From: a virus
Lineage: Duplodnaviria > Caudoviricetes
DNA: 64,000 nt
Virus record (IMG/VR): IMGVR_UViG_3300033073_000738
Span: 1-64,000 of that record
Reading direction: 5' to 3' (one strand)
In this document: positions 25,545 to 35,533 of the stretch, one piece after another
How the letters are laid out: each line of letters begins with the position of its first letter
Numbering within the stretch: the first letter of the stretch is position 1
Translations under genes and position numbers: made by a program
Notes under the pieces: generated by a model
Seen by the model: the letters and a program-made list of their open reading frames with translations, nothing else
What the model was told of the DNA's origin: nothing
The model's database searches: none

Positions 25545-26153
25545 ATGTTCAGTACAAAAGGACAAGAAGTAAAGACAGAAAGGATTGACAAATCCCTTCA
25601 AGCAGGTGTGGTATATGCACACATCTATGATGCCAAAGTGTTGACCTCTAAAAACGGTAAAAAGAAACTTGAGCTTATCCTCGAAGGTCCAGCTCTTGAA
25701 AACTTTGAAGGTTGGAGTGTTGCTTATGGTGACGATAACAGTCCCAAGTTCCAAGGTCAGTCTGCACGAGTTGGTGCTACCATCTATGTAGAGAGTCATT
25801 CGAATTCTAACCCGATGAAAAATGACATCATGCTGAAGCTCATCACAGCAGCTATTGAACTGGGTCTTCGTGACGAAGTGGATAACATCAGTGCTAACAC
25901 CCTGGAAAGCTGGGTAGCTCAATGTGCATCCATTCTGAAAGGTAAGTTTCTCTACTGGTTCCTCACCGGTAAAGAAGATGAATACAATGGTAAAACTATT
26001 GTAAGACTCGAGCTTCCAAAGATTCGTTTTTGCTCAGCTAATGAGGAAAAGCTGGACATCTTCGACCGTAACAATATCTATCACTATAAGTCCCTCAACA
26101 ACAAATCTGTTGGTGGATTTGAACCTGTGAACGACGAGTTTGATGGTTTGTAA
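25545..26153 (+). CDS. Putative ssDNA-binding protein
   Basis: Between AAA_24 and primase; acidic-aromatic tail NDEFDGL. Confidence 0.5.
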   Translation: MFSTKGQEVKTERIDKSLQAGVVYAHIYDAKVLTSKNGKKKLELILEGPALENFEGWSVAYGDDNSPKFQGQSARVGATIYVESHSNSNPMKNDIMLKLITAAIELGLRDEVDNISANTLESWVAQCASILKGKFLYWFLTGKEDEYNGKTIVRLELPKIRFCSANEEKLDIFDRNNIYHYKSLNNKSVGGFEPVNDEFDGL

Positions 26154-26168
26154 TGTTGTTTTATTTTC

Positions 26169-26202
26169 AAGAAAGGGAGGGTAACACCTCCCCTTCTTTT
26201 TT
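26169..26202 (+). terminator. Rho-independent terminator
   Basis: GGGAGG/CCTCCC stem plus T-run. Confidence 0.75.
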
Positions 26203-26214
26203 AATTCTTGAACA

Positions 26215-27177
26215 ATGTTCTCCACCAAAAATCTTATTCATCAAATCACGGATGTACCCAACACCTGGATATTTGAACACTATTGTTCTTTGAAAGCACC
26301 CCTTAAAGGTGAAGATGTAAAGATCAAAAGTCTGTTCAATCCTCTTGAACGTACTCCAAGCATGTGCATCTATGTTGATGACAAAAGCAAGTCGTATAGG
26401 TTCAAGGACTTTTCCACTGGTAAAGGTGGTGACCACGTCACGTTGGTTAAAGAGCTATACAGCATAAATTATGGTGCAGCAATCAAAACCATAGTTGCAG
26501 ATTTCAACGATTTCATACTGCATAACAACGGCGGTTATGATCTCCAGGAATTCAAAGAACATGCTAAGTATAAAGTTGACAAGCTGAAATTCAGAACCTG
26601 GTCTACTCAAGACCAGTATTTCTGGACACAGTTCAATATCGGCTCTAAGCTTTTAGAAAAGTACAATGTCAGAGCCCTGGAGTACTATACAATGGTGAAA
26701 GAGGACAAAGAAATACGCATAACAGGCAACTACATCTATGGGTATTTCAAAGCTGATGGTACTATTTACAAGCTGTATCAACCAAAAAACAAAGACAAGA
26801 AGTTTCTGAAAATATCAGACTTTATACAAGGTAGTGAACAACTTGAAGGTCATCCTGTACTGATCATAGCTTCCAGTCTAAAGGACATCATGAGCTTGAA
26901 AACTCTGAAACTTAACGTGGATGTCATAGCTCCAGACTCTGAAAACTCAATTATCAAAAAATCTGTCATAGACGAGTATAGAAAAAAATATCGTACAATA
27001 CTCTCTTTGTTTGATAATGATGAAGCCGGTATATCAGCCATGAAAAAGTATCGAGATGAGCTGGACATACCTCCTATTCTATTGACTATGAGTAAGGATC
27101 TATCAGATTCTATACGAGACCATGGTAAAAAGGCAGTTATCCAAAAACTGGTTCCTTTAATAAACAAGAACTTGTAG
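26215..27177 (+). CDS. dnaG: DnaG-type DNA primase (crAss-type)
   Basis: Degenerate Zn-finger ERTPS...FKDFSTGKGGD; TOPRIM SSLKD, FDNDEAG, KDLSD. Confidence 0.85.
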   Translation: MFSTKNLIHQITDVPNTWIFEHYCSLKAPLKGEDVKIKSLFNPLERTPSMCIYVDDKSKSYRFKDFSTGKGGDHVTLVKELYSINYGAAIKTIVADFNDFILHNNGGYDLQEFKEHAKYKVDKLKFRTWSTQDQYFWTQFNIGSKLLEKYNVRALEYYTMVKEDKEIRITGNYIYGYFKADGTIYKLYQPKNKDKKFLKISDFIQGSEQLEGHPVLIIASSLKDIMSLKTLKLNVDVIAPDSENSIIKKSVIDEYRKKYRTILSLFDNDEAGISAMKKYRDELDIPPILLTMSKDLSDSIRDHGKKAVIQKLVPLINKNL

Positions 27178-27231
27178 ACTATTTTAGACTTGTAGTTTGT
27201 AGAACACTTATATTTGTAGAGTATATCTACA
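27171..27231. promoter_or_regulatory. TTGTAGA repeat cluster with TAnnTTTG box
   Basis: TTGTAGA at 27172, 27197, 27214; TATATTTG at 27209; palindrome TGTAGA-N5-TCTACA. Confidence 0.5.
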
Positions 27232-27235
27232 ATCA

Positions 27236-27637
27236 ATGTCTAAAATCCCAAAGGTTAAGAAACCCCGTGTCGCTAAGACCAGAGCAGCTAATACAATGAC
27301 AGAAGCTGGCTTCTGGAGTTATATACGCTCTATACTGAGAAACAAGACACGTTTTTGGCCACCTATTAAGTATGTAAAGCTCAACGCTAGACGGGCATAT
27401 AAGGGTCCTAATGCACGTCAGAAGTTTGAGTATCAGTGTAACCAATGCAAAGAGTGGTTTCCTGAGAAGCAAATCAATGTAGATCATATTTGCCCAGCAG
27501 GAAGTCTTAATTCTGCACAAGACCTACCTGGTTTTGTAGAAAGATTGTTCTGTGAAGCAGACAACCTGCAAGTATTGTGTGCAGCTTGTCATAATGTAAA
27601 AACACAACAAGAACGCAATGGAATATCTACCATTTAA
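27236..27637 (+). CDS. HNH endonuclease
   Basis: CNQC, NVDHI, NLQVLCAACHNVKT. Confidence 0.85.
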   Translation: MSKIPKVKKPRVAKTRAANTMTEAGFWSYIRSILRNKTRFWPPIKYVKLNARRAYKGPNARQKFEYQCNQCKEWFPEKQINVDHICPAGSLNSAQDLPGFVERLFCEADNLQVLCAACHNVKTQQERNGISTI

Positions 27638-27890
27638 AGTGACCGAATACAATGATATGATTGATGACAAAGAGGTCATTCTCAAATCTGATCAAGGTAC
27701 CCTTTGGGTACGTGTAGGTAAGCTTGATATAGAAATCAAGCAAACAGACGACGGTCTAGGTGTAATCATCCAGGCTCTAGATGCAGAGCTCTGTGAACAA
27801 GACCTGGGGTCATTGCAAATCTGGTACGATGACATAGAAGAACTACCACTTAATGAAGATGGTAGCGATGCTTTAAGTAAAAACAATTAA
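27618..27890 (+). CDS. Hypothetical protein
   Basis: Packed ORF. Confidence 0.6.
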   Translation: MEYLPFKVTEYNDMIDDKEVILKSDQGTLWVRVGKLDIEIKQTDDGLGVIIQALDAELCEQDLGSLQIWYDDIEELPLNEDGSDALSKNN

Positions 27891-27893
27891 ACA

Positions 27894-28136
27894 ATGTCAG
27901 TCCAAACAGTATATGCTAGAAAATGTGACCATTGTTCTAAAGGTATGGATGACGGGTATGTAGTATATGGTGGAGAAGAACACTATTGCTCCGACGCTTG
28001 TCTTCATAAACACTATTCTAAAAAAGAATGGAAAGTAATGTCCGACGGTGACGAATCAGAATGTTACTGGACAGAATGGGACGATCCTACAGACATTCAA
28101 TATGTATTAGTAGACAATGAATTAAGAGAAATTTAA
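27894..28136 (+). CDS. Small Zn-finger protein
   Basis: CDHC...YCSDAC...YWTEW. Confidence 0.65.
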   Translation: MSVQTVYARKCDHCSKGMDDGYVVYGGEEHYCSDACLHKHYSKKEWKVMSDGDESECYWTEWDDPTDIQYVLVDNELREI

Positions 28137-28143
28137 ACAAGTT

Positions 28144-28383
28144 ATGGCTGAACTACACGAGACCATCATGGGTCGCAAACTTATAGAACACACCCTACCA
28201 GAGATTGCAAAGCAACTTGAGCGCATTGCAAATCACCTAGAAAATTTAAACGTAGAACACATCAAGTTGAAAGAGAGATATAAAACACTCTCAGAACTTG
28301 ACCCAAATCCAAAAAGTGTAAACTATATGCACTTGAGGATCCTCACTAAATTGAATGAAACACATGAATTGTTAACTAAATAA
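28144..28383 (+). CDS. Hypothetical protein
   Basis: T.MGRK..E.TLP.I..QLERIA. Confidence 0.65.
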   Translation: MAELHETIMGRKLIEHTLPEIAKQLERIANHLENLNVEHIKLKERYKTLSELDPNPKSVNYMHLRILTKLNETHELLTK

Positions 28384-28391
28384 AATCAAAC

Positions 28392-28604
28392 ATGACTATC
28401 TATCTGGTAAAGTACCTCGACATCGAAACGCAACAGAAGTGCCAGTTTGCAACCAGTTCTTTTATCAATGCTAACAAGAAAAAGAGAGAGCTGGAAGCAA
28501 CCGGTAAAGTGATAGTATTCAATGTACAAGGTAGCAATGAACAAGTTGAAAAGCTCACCCCTAAATCACAAGCTGATGTCATTACCCTCATCAATAGTCT
28601 CTAG
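28392..28604 (+). CDS. Hypothetical protein
   Basis: Packed ORF. Confidence 0.6.
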   Translation: MTIYLVKYLDIETQQKCQFATSSFINANKKKRELEATGKVIVFNVQGSNEQVEKLTPKSQADVITLINSL

Positions 28605-28611
28605 ACCTGTT

Positions 28612-28776
28612 ATGACAGGAAAGAGTTCAGACGACTATCTAGAAGAACTTGATAAAGCCTATAAGACCATAGACAAGCTCTATCACTTTATCGAGATGAC
28701 TGAAGCTCTCACCTATGACCAGGCTACGTCAACACGTATTCGTTCATTTTTAACCGAAGAAGGTATATGGAAATAA
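28612..28776 (+). CDS. Hypothetical protein
   Basis: Start set at MTGKSS after the previous stop. Confidence 0.55.
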   Translation: MTGKSSDDYLEELDKAYKTIDKLYHFIEMTEALTYDQATSTRIRSFLTEEGIWK

Positions 28777-29291
28777 CTACAAGCACACTTATAGAAAAGC
28801 ACCCCAAGATTTTTGCTTCTTACGAAGGCAATCCTGGTAACTGTAACTGGTACGGTGTTCCTAAAGGTTGGCTACCTATAGTAGATCTTCTCTGCAGTAG
28901 TATACAGAATTATATTGACCACAGCTCAAAGTGGAATAAAGAGCTTGAAAAGTTCACAAATCCACCACAAGTCACCTGTATACAGATGAAAGAGAAGTTT
29001 GGTGGCCTACGATTCTATACCAATGGTCACGACGAGATTGTAGAAGGTATGATAGAAATGGCAGAATACATGTGTGACAACACTTGTCAAGACTGCGGTA
29101 GCACTTCTAATCTTGGTGTTACTACCGGTTGGATCTCTATACTTTGTCAAACTTGTGTGCAAGCTCATGGAGATCGAGCCATGCAATCTTGGAAACCTAA
29201 AGAACACACTAAACCTGCAATTACAAACTTTACTCATCCCTTATCAAATGACACAGGAACAATTCTGGGAGAAGATACAACAACATCTTGA
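28767..29291 (+). CDS. Conserved phage protein (QxKEKFGGLRFY family with Zn ribbon)
   Basis: GW, QMKEKFGGLRFY, CQDCG...GW...CQTC. Confidence 0.75.
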   Translation: MEITTSTLIEKHPKIFASYEGNPGNCNWYGVPKGWLPIVDLLCSSIQNYIDHSSKWNKELEKFTNPPQVTCIQMKEKFGGLRFYTNGHDEIVEGMIEMAEYMCDNTCQDCGSTSNLGVTTGWISILCQTCVQAHGDRAMQSWKPKEHTKPAITNFTHPLSNDTGTILGEDTTTS

Positions 29292-29436
29292 TATCCCATT
29301 TGACATAGAAGATGTCTTGAATATCGAAGCTGACCCTATTGGTGCCTTATACTTCGATCTTAAAAATGGTGATACGTATTCTCTCTCCTTTCAAGACACC
29401 GAAAAGTTATGGGACGACGATTATGAAGACTCCTGA
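29248..29436 (+). CDS. Hypothetical acidic protein
   Basis: Start set at MTQEQFW. Confidence 0.55.
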   Translation: MTQEQFWEKIQQHLDIPFDIEDVLNIEADPIGALYFDLKNGDTYSLSFQDTEKLWDDDYEDS

Positions 29437-29437
29437 T

Positions 29438-29842
29438 ATGAATAAACAACTATTAGTAAACAAAGTACAATGCATGTCCTGTGGCGAGATCTTAGAGTCT
29501 CGCCATAGACATGACTATAAGACCTGCTCTTGTGAACAATCTACAATGGTAGATGGCGGTCTAGACTATGGTAGATATGGGGGAGCAGACTTAGATAAGG
29601 TGAAACATCTCCATATTTATGATGATGCACCTCATGACTTATTACGCAATGAATGCACCTGGGGCACCTATGGTAAAGATGGCAATCAACCCATTAAGTA
29701 CATCAAGGTGAAAGACATGACTAATGATCATATAGAAGCCATCCTTGAAAAATATATCAATCGAGTTTACCCCGCAATGATTAAGGTATTCAAAGATGAG
29801 CTTGAATTCAGAGAACTAAACAACATTAAAATCGAAGACTAA
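29438..29842 (+). CDS. Zn-binding conserved phage protein
   Basis: CMSCGE..ES.HRHD...CSC...VDGG; WGTYGKDG. Confidence 0.7.
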   Translation: MNKQLLVNKVQCMSCGEILESRHRHDYKTCSCEQSTMVDGGLDYGRYGGADLDKVKHLHIYDDAPHDLLRNECTWGTYGKDGNQPIKYIKVKDMTNDHIEAILEKYINRVYPAMIKVFKDELEFRELNNIKIED

Positions 29843-29843
29843 T

Positions 29844-30872
29844 ATGGAACTGGAGCAGATAATGGAAGAGAGCATAGCTCATCAGGAGAAAGAGTTCTTC
29901 AACAAGAAGATGTATTACTCCTATAGCAGTTTGAACAAGCTGTTATGGAATCCTCAAGTATTCTATCAAATGTACGTACTAGGGCTTAAAGAAGAAAAGC
30001 TGGACACTCACCTTGTACAAGGTAAACTGATACATCTTTTACTCTTAGAGCCTCATAAGTTTGACCAGGAGTTTATGGTGTGCCCCAGTAATCTCCCTAC
30101 AGGTACTCTTCGTATTGTTATCGACAGGGTCTATCGACATCATCAAGAGTTACAACTCGGAGGAGATCAAAGGCAAAACTTAGATGAGTTCACCAATGCT
30201 ATACTTGATGTCATGAAAGACATCAATTATTTTCAAGCATTGAAGACAGACCAGCAACGTATAGATAAGATTATCACTCCAGAAGCCATTATCTATTGGA
30301 GTTTTCTGAAGGCAAAAGGTACTAAAACACTGATTGACGAAGAGACCCACAAGTTCTGTAGTTCAGCTGTAGACATCATCAAGACAAATAAGCAAGTGTG
30401 CTCTTTGATAGGCTGCGACGTAACCGAATTTGACAGCAAAAAGGTTATCAACGAAGCAACCTTCTGCCTGGATATTCCTGGTAGAAACTATGGTATCAAA
30501 GGCATCATTGACAACATTGTTGTAGATGATTCTGCAAGATGTATTTATGTAAATGACATCAAAACAACCAGTAAAGACCTGAAAGAATTCCCAGAGTCTA
30601 TTGAGTACTATTCCTACTGGTTACAAGCTGTCATGTATATGACTGCTATCACTATCAACTTTGGTCATCTGATCAACAGTGGATACGTAGTCAAGTTCCA
30701 TTTTGTTGTAATTGACCGCATGTATCAAACCTATGCTTTTCCTGTATCTGAAACCACCCTCAGTGTTTGGTTTGACAGATATACTAAAGCTTTAGAAGTA
30801 GCTGACTGGCATTATACCAACCGTAAGTATGACCTGCCATATGACTTTGAGAAAGGCAACGTCATACTATAA
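29844..30872 (+). CDS. PD-(D/E)xK exonuclease (RecE/Cas4-like)
   Basis: SYSSL, G.LIH, KGIIDN, VNDIKTT, Y.LQA.MY. Confidence 0.85.
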   Translation: MELEQIMEESIAHQEKEFFNKKMYYSYSSLNKLLWNPQVFYQMYVLGLKEEKLDTHLVQGKLIHLLLLEPHKFDQEFMVCPSNLPTGTLRIVIDRVYRHHQELQLGGDQRQNLDEFTNAILDVMKDINYFQALKTDQQRIDKIITPEAIIYWSFLKAKGTKTLIDEETHKFCSSAVDIIKTNKQVCSLIGCDVTEFDSKKVINEATFCLDIPGRNYGIKGIIDNIVVDDSARCIYVNDIKTTSKDLKEFPESIEYYSYWLQAVMYMTAITINFGHLINSGYVVKFHFVVIDRMYQTYAFPVSETTLSVWFDRYTKALEVADWHYTNRKYDLPYDFEKGNVIL

Positions 30873-30885
30873 GTAAAAGACAGAT

Positions 30886-31446
30886 ATGATAGAAAGCTTG
30901 TATAGCAGATATTTTCAAAAGTCACGTAGTTTCCTCTATCCCGTACTTGGTATTAAGAAAAACAGTAGGTATAGTCCTACAGGCACTTATATCTCTATGC
31001 CCGACAAATACGATGCTTCTGACATGAAACTCATTGTCACATTTAAAACAGATAATACAGATGAGTTTCAATCGTTCGAGCAAAAGATGTTGACCGGCAA
31101 TCCACTGTTTCTTGAAAAGCACAGGATCAGAGAATACACTATCTACGTATTCAACTATGACATGTACCAAAGTGACTGGACGCAGTTTCTTTTGGGTCGT
31201 TATTCCAAACTGAGTAACCCGATAAAGAAAGCTATCAAGGTATATTATGGTGAATCCTCAACAGAATACACCTATATAGACAGCTATCTCTATCCAGACA
31301 AGTACTTTGAGCAATATGCCAAGCTTTTAGATGTAGATATAAAGGATCTTAAAGATGTTGGAGAACTATGCGACAGCTGGGATTTAGAGAAAGAAACACT
31401 AAAAATTCCTGTAGAATTTTTGGAGAGCTTGAAAAAAGAACATTAA
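30886..31446 (+). CDS. Hypothetical protein
   Basis: KS..FLYP.LGI...G.YSK pattern. Confidence 0.7.
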   Translation: MIESLYSRYFQKSRSFLYPVLGIKKNSRYSPTGTYISMPDKYDASDMKLIVTFKTDNTDEFQSFEQKMLTGNPLFLEKHRIREYTIYVFNYDMYQSDWTQFLLGRYSKLSNPIKKAIKVYYGESSTEYTYIDSYLYPDKYFEQYAKLLDVDIKDLKDVGELCDSWDLEKETLKIPVEFLESLKKEH

Positions 31447-31457
31447 ATTTGTAGAAC
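31419..31457 (+). promoter_or_regulatory. Bacteroidota-type sigma-A promoter
   Basis: TTTG at 31419, 21-nt spacer, TAAATTTG at 31444, overlapping TTGTAGAAC. Confidence 0.55.
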
Positions 31458-31468
31458 AACAATTCATT

Positions 31469-31879
31469 ATGGACAAAACAATGATGCTCGTAACCTCAGC
31501 GTGGGGAAATAAGAAGACTTTTCGACTTATTCCAGCTGCTGTAACGGCCCCTTATAACGAGGCTATTTATGACCCAGAAGTAAAAGTGCTGGCAATCATC
31601 AGTAAAGAAAAGAAAGACAACTTTCAAATGATGCCCAAGCTCAACGAGTTTGGAGACCCTCAGACACTAAAGATAGGCAAACGTTCCAACGGTAAAGACT
31701 ATGCAGAATCCCGTGTAACTGTAGAGACCTATTATGAATATTATGTAGAAAACGAACAAGAGATCATCAGTATCATCAACATGTTTGCTATAAACGCAGA
31801 CTCGTTTGATTATCAGACATATCTAAATGCTCCTGTAAAAGAAGCTGAAGAAGCAACAGAAAGCATCATTTCGGTTTAG
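31469..31879 (+). CDS. Hypothetical protein
   Basis: Has its own promoter and terminator. Confidence 0.7.
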   Translation: MDKTMMLVTSAWGNKKTFRLIPAAVTAPYNEAIYDPEVKVLAIISKEKKDNFQMMPKLNEFGDPQTLKIGKRSNGKDYAESRVTVETYYEYYVENEQEIISIINMFAINADSFDYQTYLNAPVKEAEEATESIISV

Positions 31880-31899
31880 TTACGCATGTTTGAAAAGGT

Positions 31900-31930
31900 A
31901 AGGGGAGAGAACATTCTCTCCCTTTTTTTT
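31900..31930 (+). terminator. Rho-independent terminator
   Basis: GGGAGAGAA/TTCTCTCCC plus T8. Confidence 0.85.
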
Positions 31931-31952
31931 ATCACATCAAAACACACACATC

Positions 31953-33890
31953 ATGGAAAAGAAGCCCGTTCATTGGGTAATGGACTATGAAACTCTAGTA
32001 AACTGTTTCATAGGTGTGTTTGTGCACTATAAAGACAAATCTATCTCTAGGTTGTTTGTTATACACGGGGACCAGAATGATTTCCCACAGATGGTTAAGT
32101 TCCTTAACGACTGTGTAAAACATAACCAATGGCATATCTCTTATAACGGACTTGCATTTGACGCTCAGATTACTCAGTGGATGATTAGCAACTCTAAAGG
32201 TCTGCTCTCTCTTCCCACTGACTTACTCATTAAAGAGATATACGGAAAAGCTCAAGACATCATCGACAGAAGCAACCAGGGTATGTTTCAACAATACAGA
32301 CCCGACCAGATCAAAGTGAGGCAGATTGACTTGTTCAAAATGAACCACTGGGATAACAAAGCTAAGATGAGCAGTCTCAAATGGATCCAGTATAGTATGA
32401 ACTGGGAGAACGTTGAAGAGATGCCTCACAAGCATTCAGATCCTGTAGAAGATGATGAGACCCTCAAGAAGGTGATTGAGTATTGCTACAATGACGTTTA
32501 TAGCACACAACATATCCTTGAGCACAGTAAAGAGCAGATACAACTACGCCAGACACTCACCAAAGAATACGGCATAGACTTATATTCTGCATCAGAGCCC
32601 AGGATATCAAAAGAACTGTTTCTTCATTTTCTTAGTCAGAAGCTTGATATACCTAAAACAGATATCAAAGCAATGAGAACACCTAGACCCATCATCTATT
32701 TGGGTCAGTGTATTCTACCCTACGTATCGTTTAAAACACCTGAGTTCCAAGGTGTTCTGAACTACTTTCAAACAAAGGTGATTACATCTACAAAGGACGA
32801 CTTCGAGTATATCCTTGACTACAAAGGTGTACAAACCAAGTACAAACTGGGTGGCATACACGGTGCTATCAAAGCCGGCATCTATGAAGCTAAAAACGGG
32901 TATACGATTGTTACATCAGATGTGACATCATTCTACCCCAACCTGGCTATTAAGAATGGTTTTCATCCTCAGCATCTTCCTAAGAAAGAGTTCTGTGAAC
33001 TGTATGAGTGGTTCTTTGAGGAACGTAAAAAGATACCCAAATCAGACCCCAGGAACTATGTGTACAAGATCATTCTGAACAGCACCTATGGTTTAACAGG
33101 TGACGAAAACTCTTTCCTGTTTGACCCTAAGATGACTATGCAGATAACTATCAACGGGCAGCTGTTGATAAGCATGTTGTATGAGATGTTAGCAGAAAGG
33201 ATTCCAGAAGCTATACCGCTGATGCAAAACACAGATGGTATAGAAATGATGATACCTGAAAGCAAACTCGATGAATACATGCAGATCTGTGACGAATGGT
33301 GTCTTCTTACCAAGCTTAGTCTTGAGCATGACTACTATTCCAAAATGGTCATACGCAATGTCAACAACTACATAGCGGTCTACAAAAATGGTAAGGTGAA
33401 ATGCAAAGGTGCTTACGAATGGGAAGACCTAGAGAAAAAGAAAGTTTCTGTCTTTCACAAGAACAAAAGCTTTCTCATTATACCCAAAACCATATTTGCC
33501 TATTTCGTAAATGGTATAAAGCCTGAAGACTATATCAGTGGAAACAAAGACATCTTTGATTTCTGTGCCGGTATAAAAGCAAAAGGTGGTTGGTATTTCG
33601 AAGAAAGATATATAAGGCAAGGAGAGCTTTTTAACCGTAGACTTCAAAAGATAGTAAGGTATTACATAAGTAACTCTGGTAGCAAGATTATCAAATGCAA
33701 CCCAGATGGTAGAAACATACAGGTAGAAGCCGGTGAATGGTTACAGACAGTTGTAAACGAAGTGCACCCAGATGAACCATTTGAGAACTATGATATTAAT
33801 TTCAAGTACTATCTGGAAGAAGTGTACAAGGAGATCAATGAAATAGAGAAGCACAAATTTCAACACAGTCGTCAACTTTCTTTATTCTGA
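31953..33890 (+). CDS. polB: DNA polymerase family B with 3'-5' exonuclease
   Basis: DYE, YNGLAFD, YCYND; SDVTSFYPN, KIILNSTYG, NTDG. Confidence 0.93.
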   Translation: MEKKPVHWVMDYETLVNCFIGVFVHYKDKSISRLFVIHGDQNDFPQMVKFLNDCVKHNQWHISYNGLAFDAQITQWMISNSKGLLSLPTDLLIKEIYGKAQDIIDRSNQGMFQQYRPDQIKVRQIDLFKMNHWDNKAKMSSLKWIQYSMNWENVEEMPHKHSDPVEDDETLKKVIEYCYNDVYSTQHILEHSKEQIQLRQTLTKEYGIDLYSASEPRISKELFLHFLSQKLDIPKTDIKAMRTPRPIIYLGQCILPYVSFKTPEFQGVLNYFQTKVITSTKDDFEYILDYKGVQTKYKLGGIHGAIKAGIYEAKNGYTIVTSDVTSFYPNLAIKNGFHPQHLPKKEFCELYEWFFEERKKIPKSDPRNYVYKIILNSTYGLTGDENSFLFDPKMTMQITINGQLLISMLYEMLAERIPEAIPLMQNTDGIEMMIPESKLDEYMQICDEWCLLTKLSLEHDYYSKMVIRNVNNYIAVYKNGKVKCKGAYEWEDLEKKKVSVFHKNKSFLIIPKTIFAYFVNGIKPEDYISGNKDIFDFCAGIKAKGGWYFEERYIRQGELFNRRLQKIVRYYISNSGSKIIKCNPDGRNIQVEAGEWLQTVVNEVHPDEPFENYDINFKYYLEEVYKEINEIEKHKFQHSRQLSLF

Positions 33891-33891
33891 C

Positions 33892-34227
33892 ATGGACGAC
33901 AAAGGAACTATTGGGGAACTCTTCATGTGCGTTATGCAACACATGAAATGTATAGAAGTTAGAATAGAATGTTGCAAAGCTTTGTTGAGTCAAAAGCAAA
34001 AGTATGCAATGGGTCAAGCATTAAGGAAGGTGGAAACAGCTATTGATAATATCTGTGACCTCCTTCCCGACTCATCAGCTGTTAGAATGGTCAAAAAAGA
34101 GCTTGACAATCCTAACCTTGTATATGTGATGTTACTTACAGAAAAATTTAGTGCTCTCACACCAGATGAGCTAGAAGAAATTGACCAAATTTTAGAAGAT
34201 TTCATTATTAAAAAACGCAATCTATGA
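33892..34227 (+). CDS. Hypothetical protein
   Basis: Packed helical ORF. Confidence 0.65.
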   Translation: MDDKGTIGELFMCVMQHMKCIEVRIECCKALLSQKQKYAMGQALRKVETAIDNICDLLPDSSAVRMVKKELDNPNLVYVMLLTEKFSALTPDELEEIDQILEDFIIKKRNL

Positions 34228-34865
34228 TTATTGGTATCAACGGTTACTCTGGATCCGGTAAAGACTTAACAGGTCAAATCATCCAAAAGCTCACAGCTAA
34301 AGAAAATTATGGTTACCTAGAAAACACCTGGGAAATCAAGAAGTGGGCCGGTAAACTAAAGACTATAGCTTCTATTCTTACGGGTATACCTGTAGACAAG
34401 TTTGAAGACGAGAAGTTCAAAAAGACTAAACTACCCAGGTGCTGGGATATTGAAGATTCTTATGGTGTAGGTGCAACTTATGGTAATGATTTTGACCATG
34501 ACGATATTGATATTCCGTATGAACGCAGAATGTCAGTACGTGAATTCCTACAAAGACTTGGAACTGAAGCAATGAGAGAAACACTTCATGAGGATACTTG
34601 GGTGAATGCTCTAATGGCTGACTACAATAAGAAATGCAACTGGGTAATTACTGATACAAGATTTCATAACGAAGCTTACGCTATCAAAAAGAAAGGTGGC
34701 ATCATCATTCGTATAGATCGTCCTGGTGTTAGACCTACTAATGATCATGTTTCAGAGACCAGCTTAGATAATTGGAATTTTGATTACAAGATTCTAAACG
34801 CATCAGATATTGTATCACTTACTGCTACTGTGTCAAATATTCTGAAAAAGGAAAAGCTTTTATAA
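34224..34865 (+). CDS. Deoxynucleoside monophosphate kinase
   Basis: GYSGSGKD, REFLQRLGTE.MR, ITDTRF.NE, H.SE. Confidence 0.88.
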   Translation: MIIGINGYSGSGKDLTGQIIQKLTAKENYGYLENTWEIKKWAGKLKTIASILTGIPVDKFEDEKFKKTKLPRCWDIEDSYGVGATYGNDFDHDDIDIPYERRMSVREFLQRLGTEAMRETLHEDTWVNALMADYNKKCNWVITDTRFHNEAYAIKKKGGIIIRIDRPGVRPTNDHVSETSLDNWNFDYKILNASDIVSLTATVSNILKKEKLL

Positions 34866-34884
34866 ATCACAAAATCTCTCTTAT

Positions 34885-35121
34885 ATGAAAGACAAATGCA
34901 TCATGTGCAACAAAGAAACTCTCTTTGACGTAAACGACCATATCGACATGAGGTATGGGTATATAGAAGGAGCCGGTCAACTCTGTATTGATTGCTATTG
35001 CGACAAAACATCCATGACATCACAGATCACAATCCCTAAAGAACTTATTCTGAACGTTTCTAACGACCAGGAACTAGGTGGTATAGTTAGGAACCTATTT
35101 TACAAACACTTAAATCATTAA
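34885..35121 (+). CDS. Small Zn-finger protein
   Basis: CIMC...R.GYIEGAGQLC..C. Confidence 0.7.
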   Translation: MKDKCIMCNKETLFDVNDHIDMRYGYIEGAGQLCIDCYCDKTSMTSQITIPKELILNVSNDQELGGIVRNLFYKHLNH

Positions 35122-35124
35122 GCT

Positions 35125-35349
35125 ATGTCGATTTCCAAATCTGATATAGTTACTATTGTTCTTGCTGTTTTGTTCATTTCCATTATGTCATGCCCCTTGA
35201 CTAATCATCAAGGGGCTGACTTTTCTACTCAGAATGTAGACAGCCTTGAGAAACAATGGTATCTAAAACAATTAGAATCATATCCTTACGATCACAGTAA
35301 AATACCTACAGATGACAGCAACCCTACAATTCAATCTTCCAGAAGATAA
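35125..35349 (+). CDS. Membrane or lipoprotein-like small protein
   Basis: N-terminal hydrophobic segment ending IMS-C. Confidence 0.5.
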   Translation: MSISKSDIVTIVLAVLFISIMSCPLTNHQGADFSTQNVDSLEKQWYLKQLESYPYDHSKIPTDDSNPTIQSSRR

Positions 35350-35533
35350 TGAAGAATTTCAGTTTGCAATAAATGGAACCAAATGGCACTCTGTCCTATG
35401 GGAATTAGACCAGGACCTCAGAGCAAAGATCAAACACGACGATTCATTGACAAATGATTACCATTCTGCACTTGAAGATACTCGAATGAAAATCAATGAG
35501 TTAATGCATGACTATAACATTTCTTTCGACTGA
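35312..35533 (+). CDS. Hypothetical protein
   Basis: L.FNLPED...LWELDQ.LR pattern. Confidence 0.7.
   Translation: MTATLQFNLPEDNEEFQFAINGTKWHSVLWELDQDLRAKIKHDDSLTNDYHSALEDTRMKINELMHDYNISFD

Noticed and set aside
26215-27177. Primase lacking the TOPRIM Glu (SSLKD) and the Zn-finger cysteines
   Set aside because: I recall this as a shared trait of crAss-like primases, so it is neither a pseudogene sign nor novel.
29844-30872. Cas4 as evidence of a CRISPR-related system
   Set aside because: No Fe-S cysteine pattern, no cas1 and no array; it is a typical phage replication-module exonuclease.
31953-33890. PolB motif C reading NTDG instead of DTDS
   Set aside because: A known variant in this phage PolB group; the key Asp is retained.
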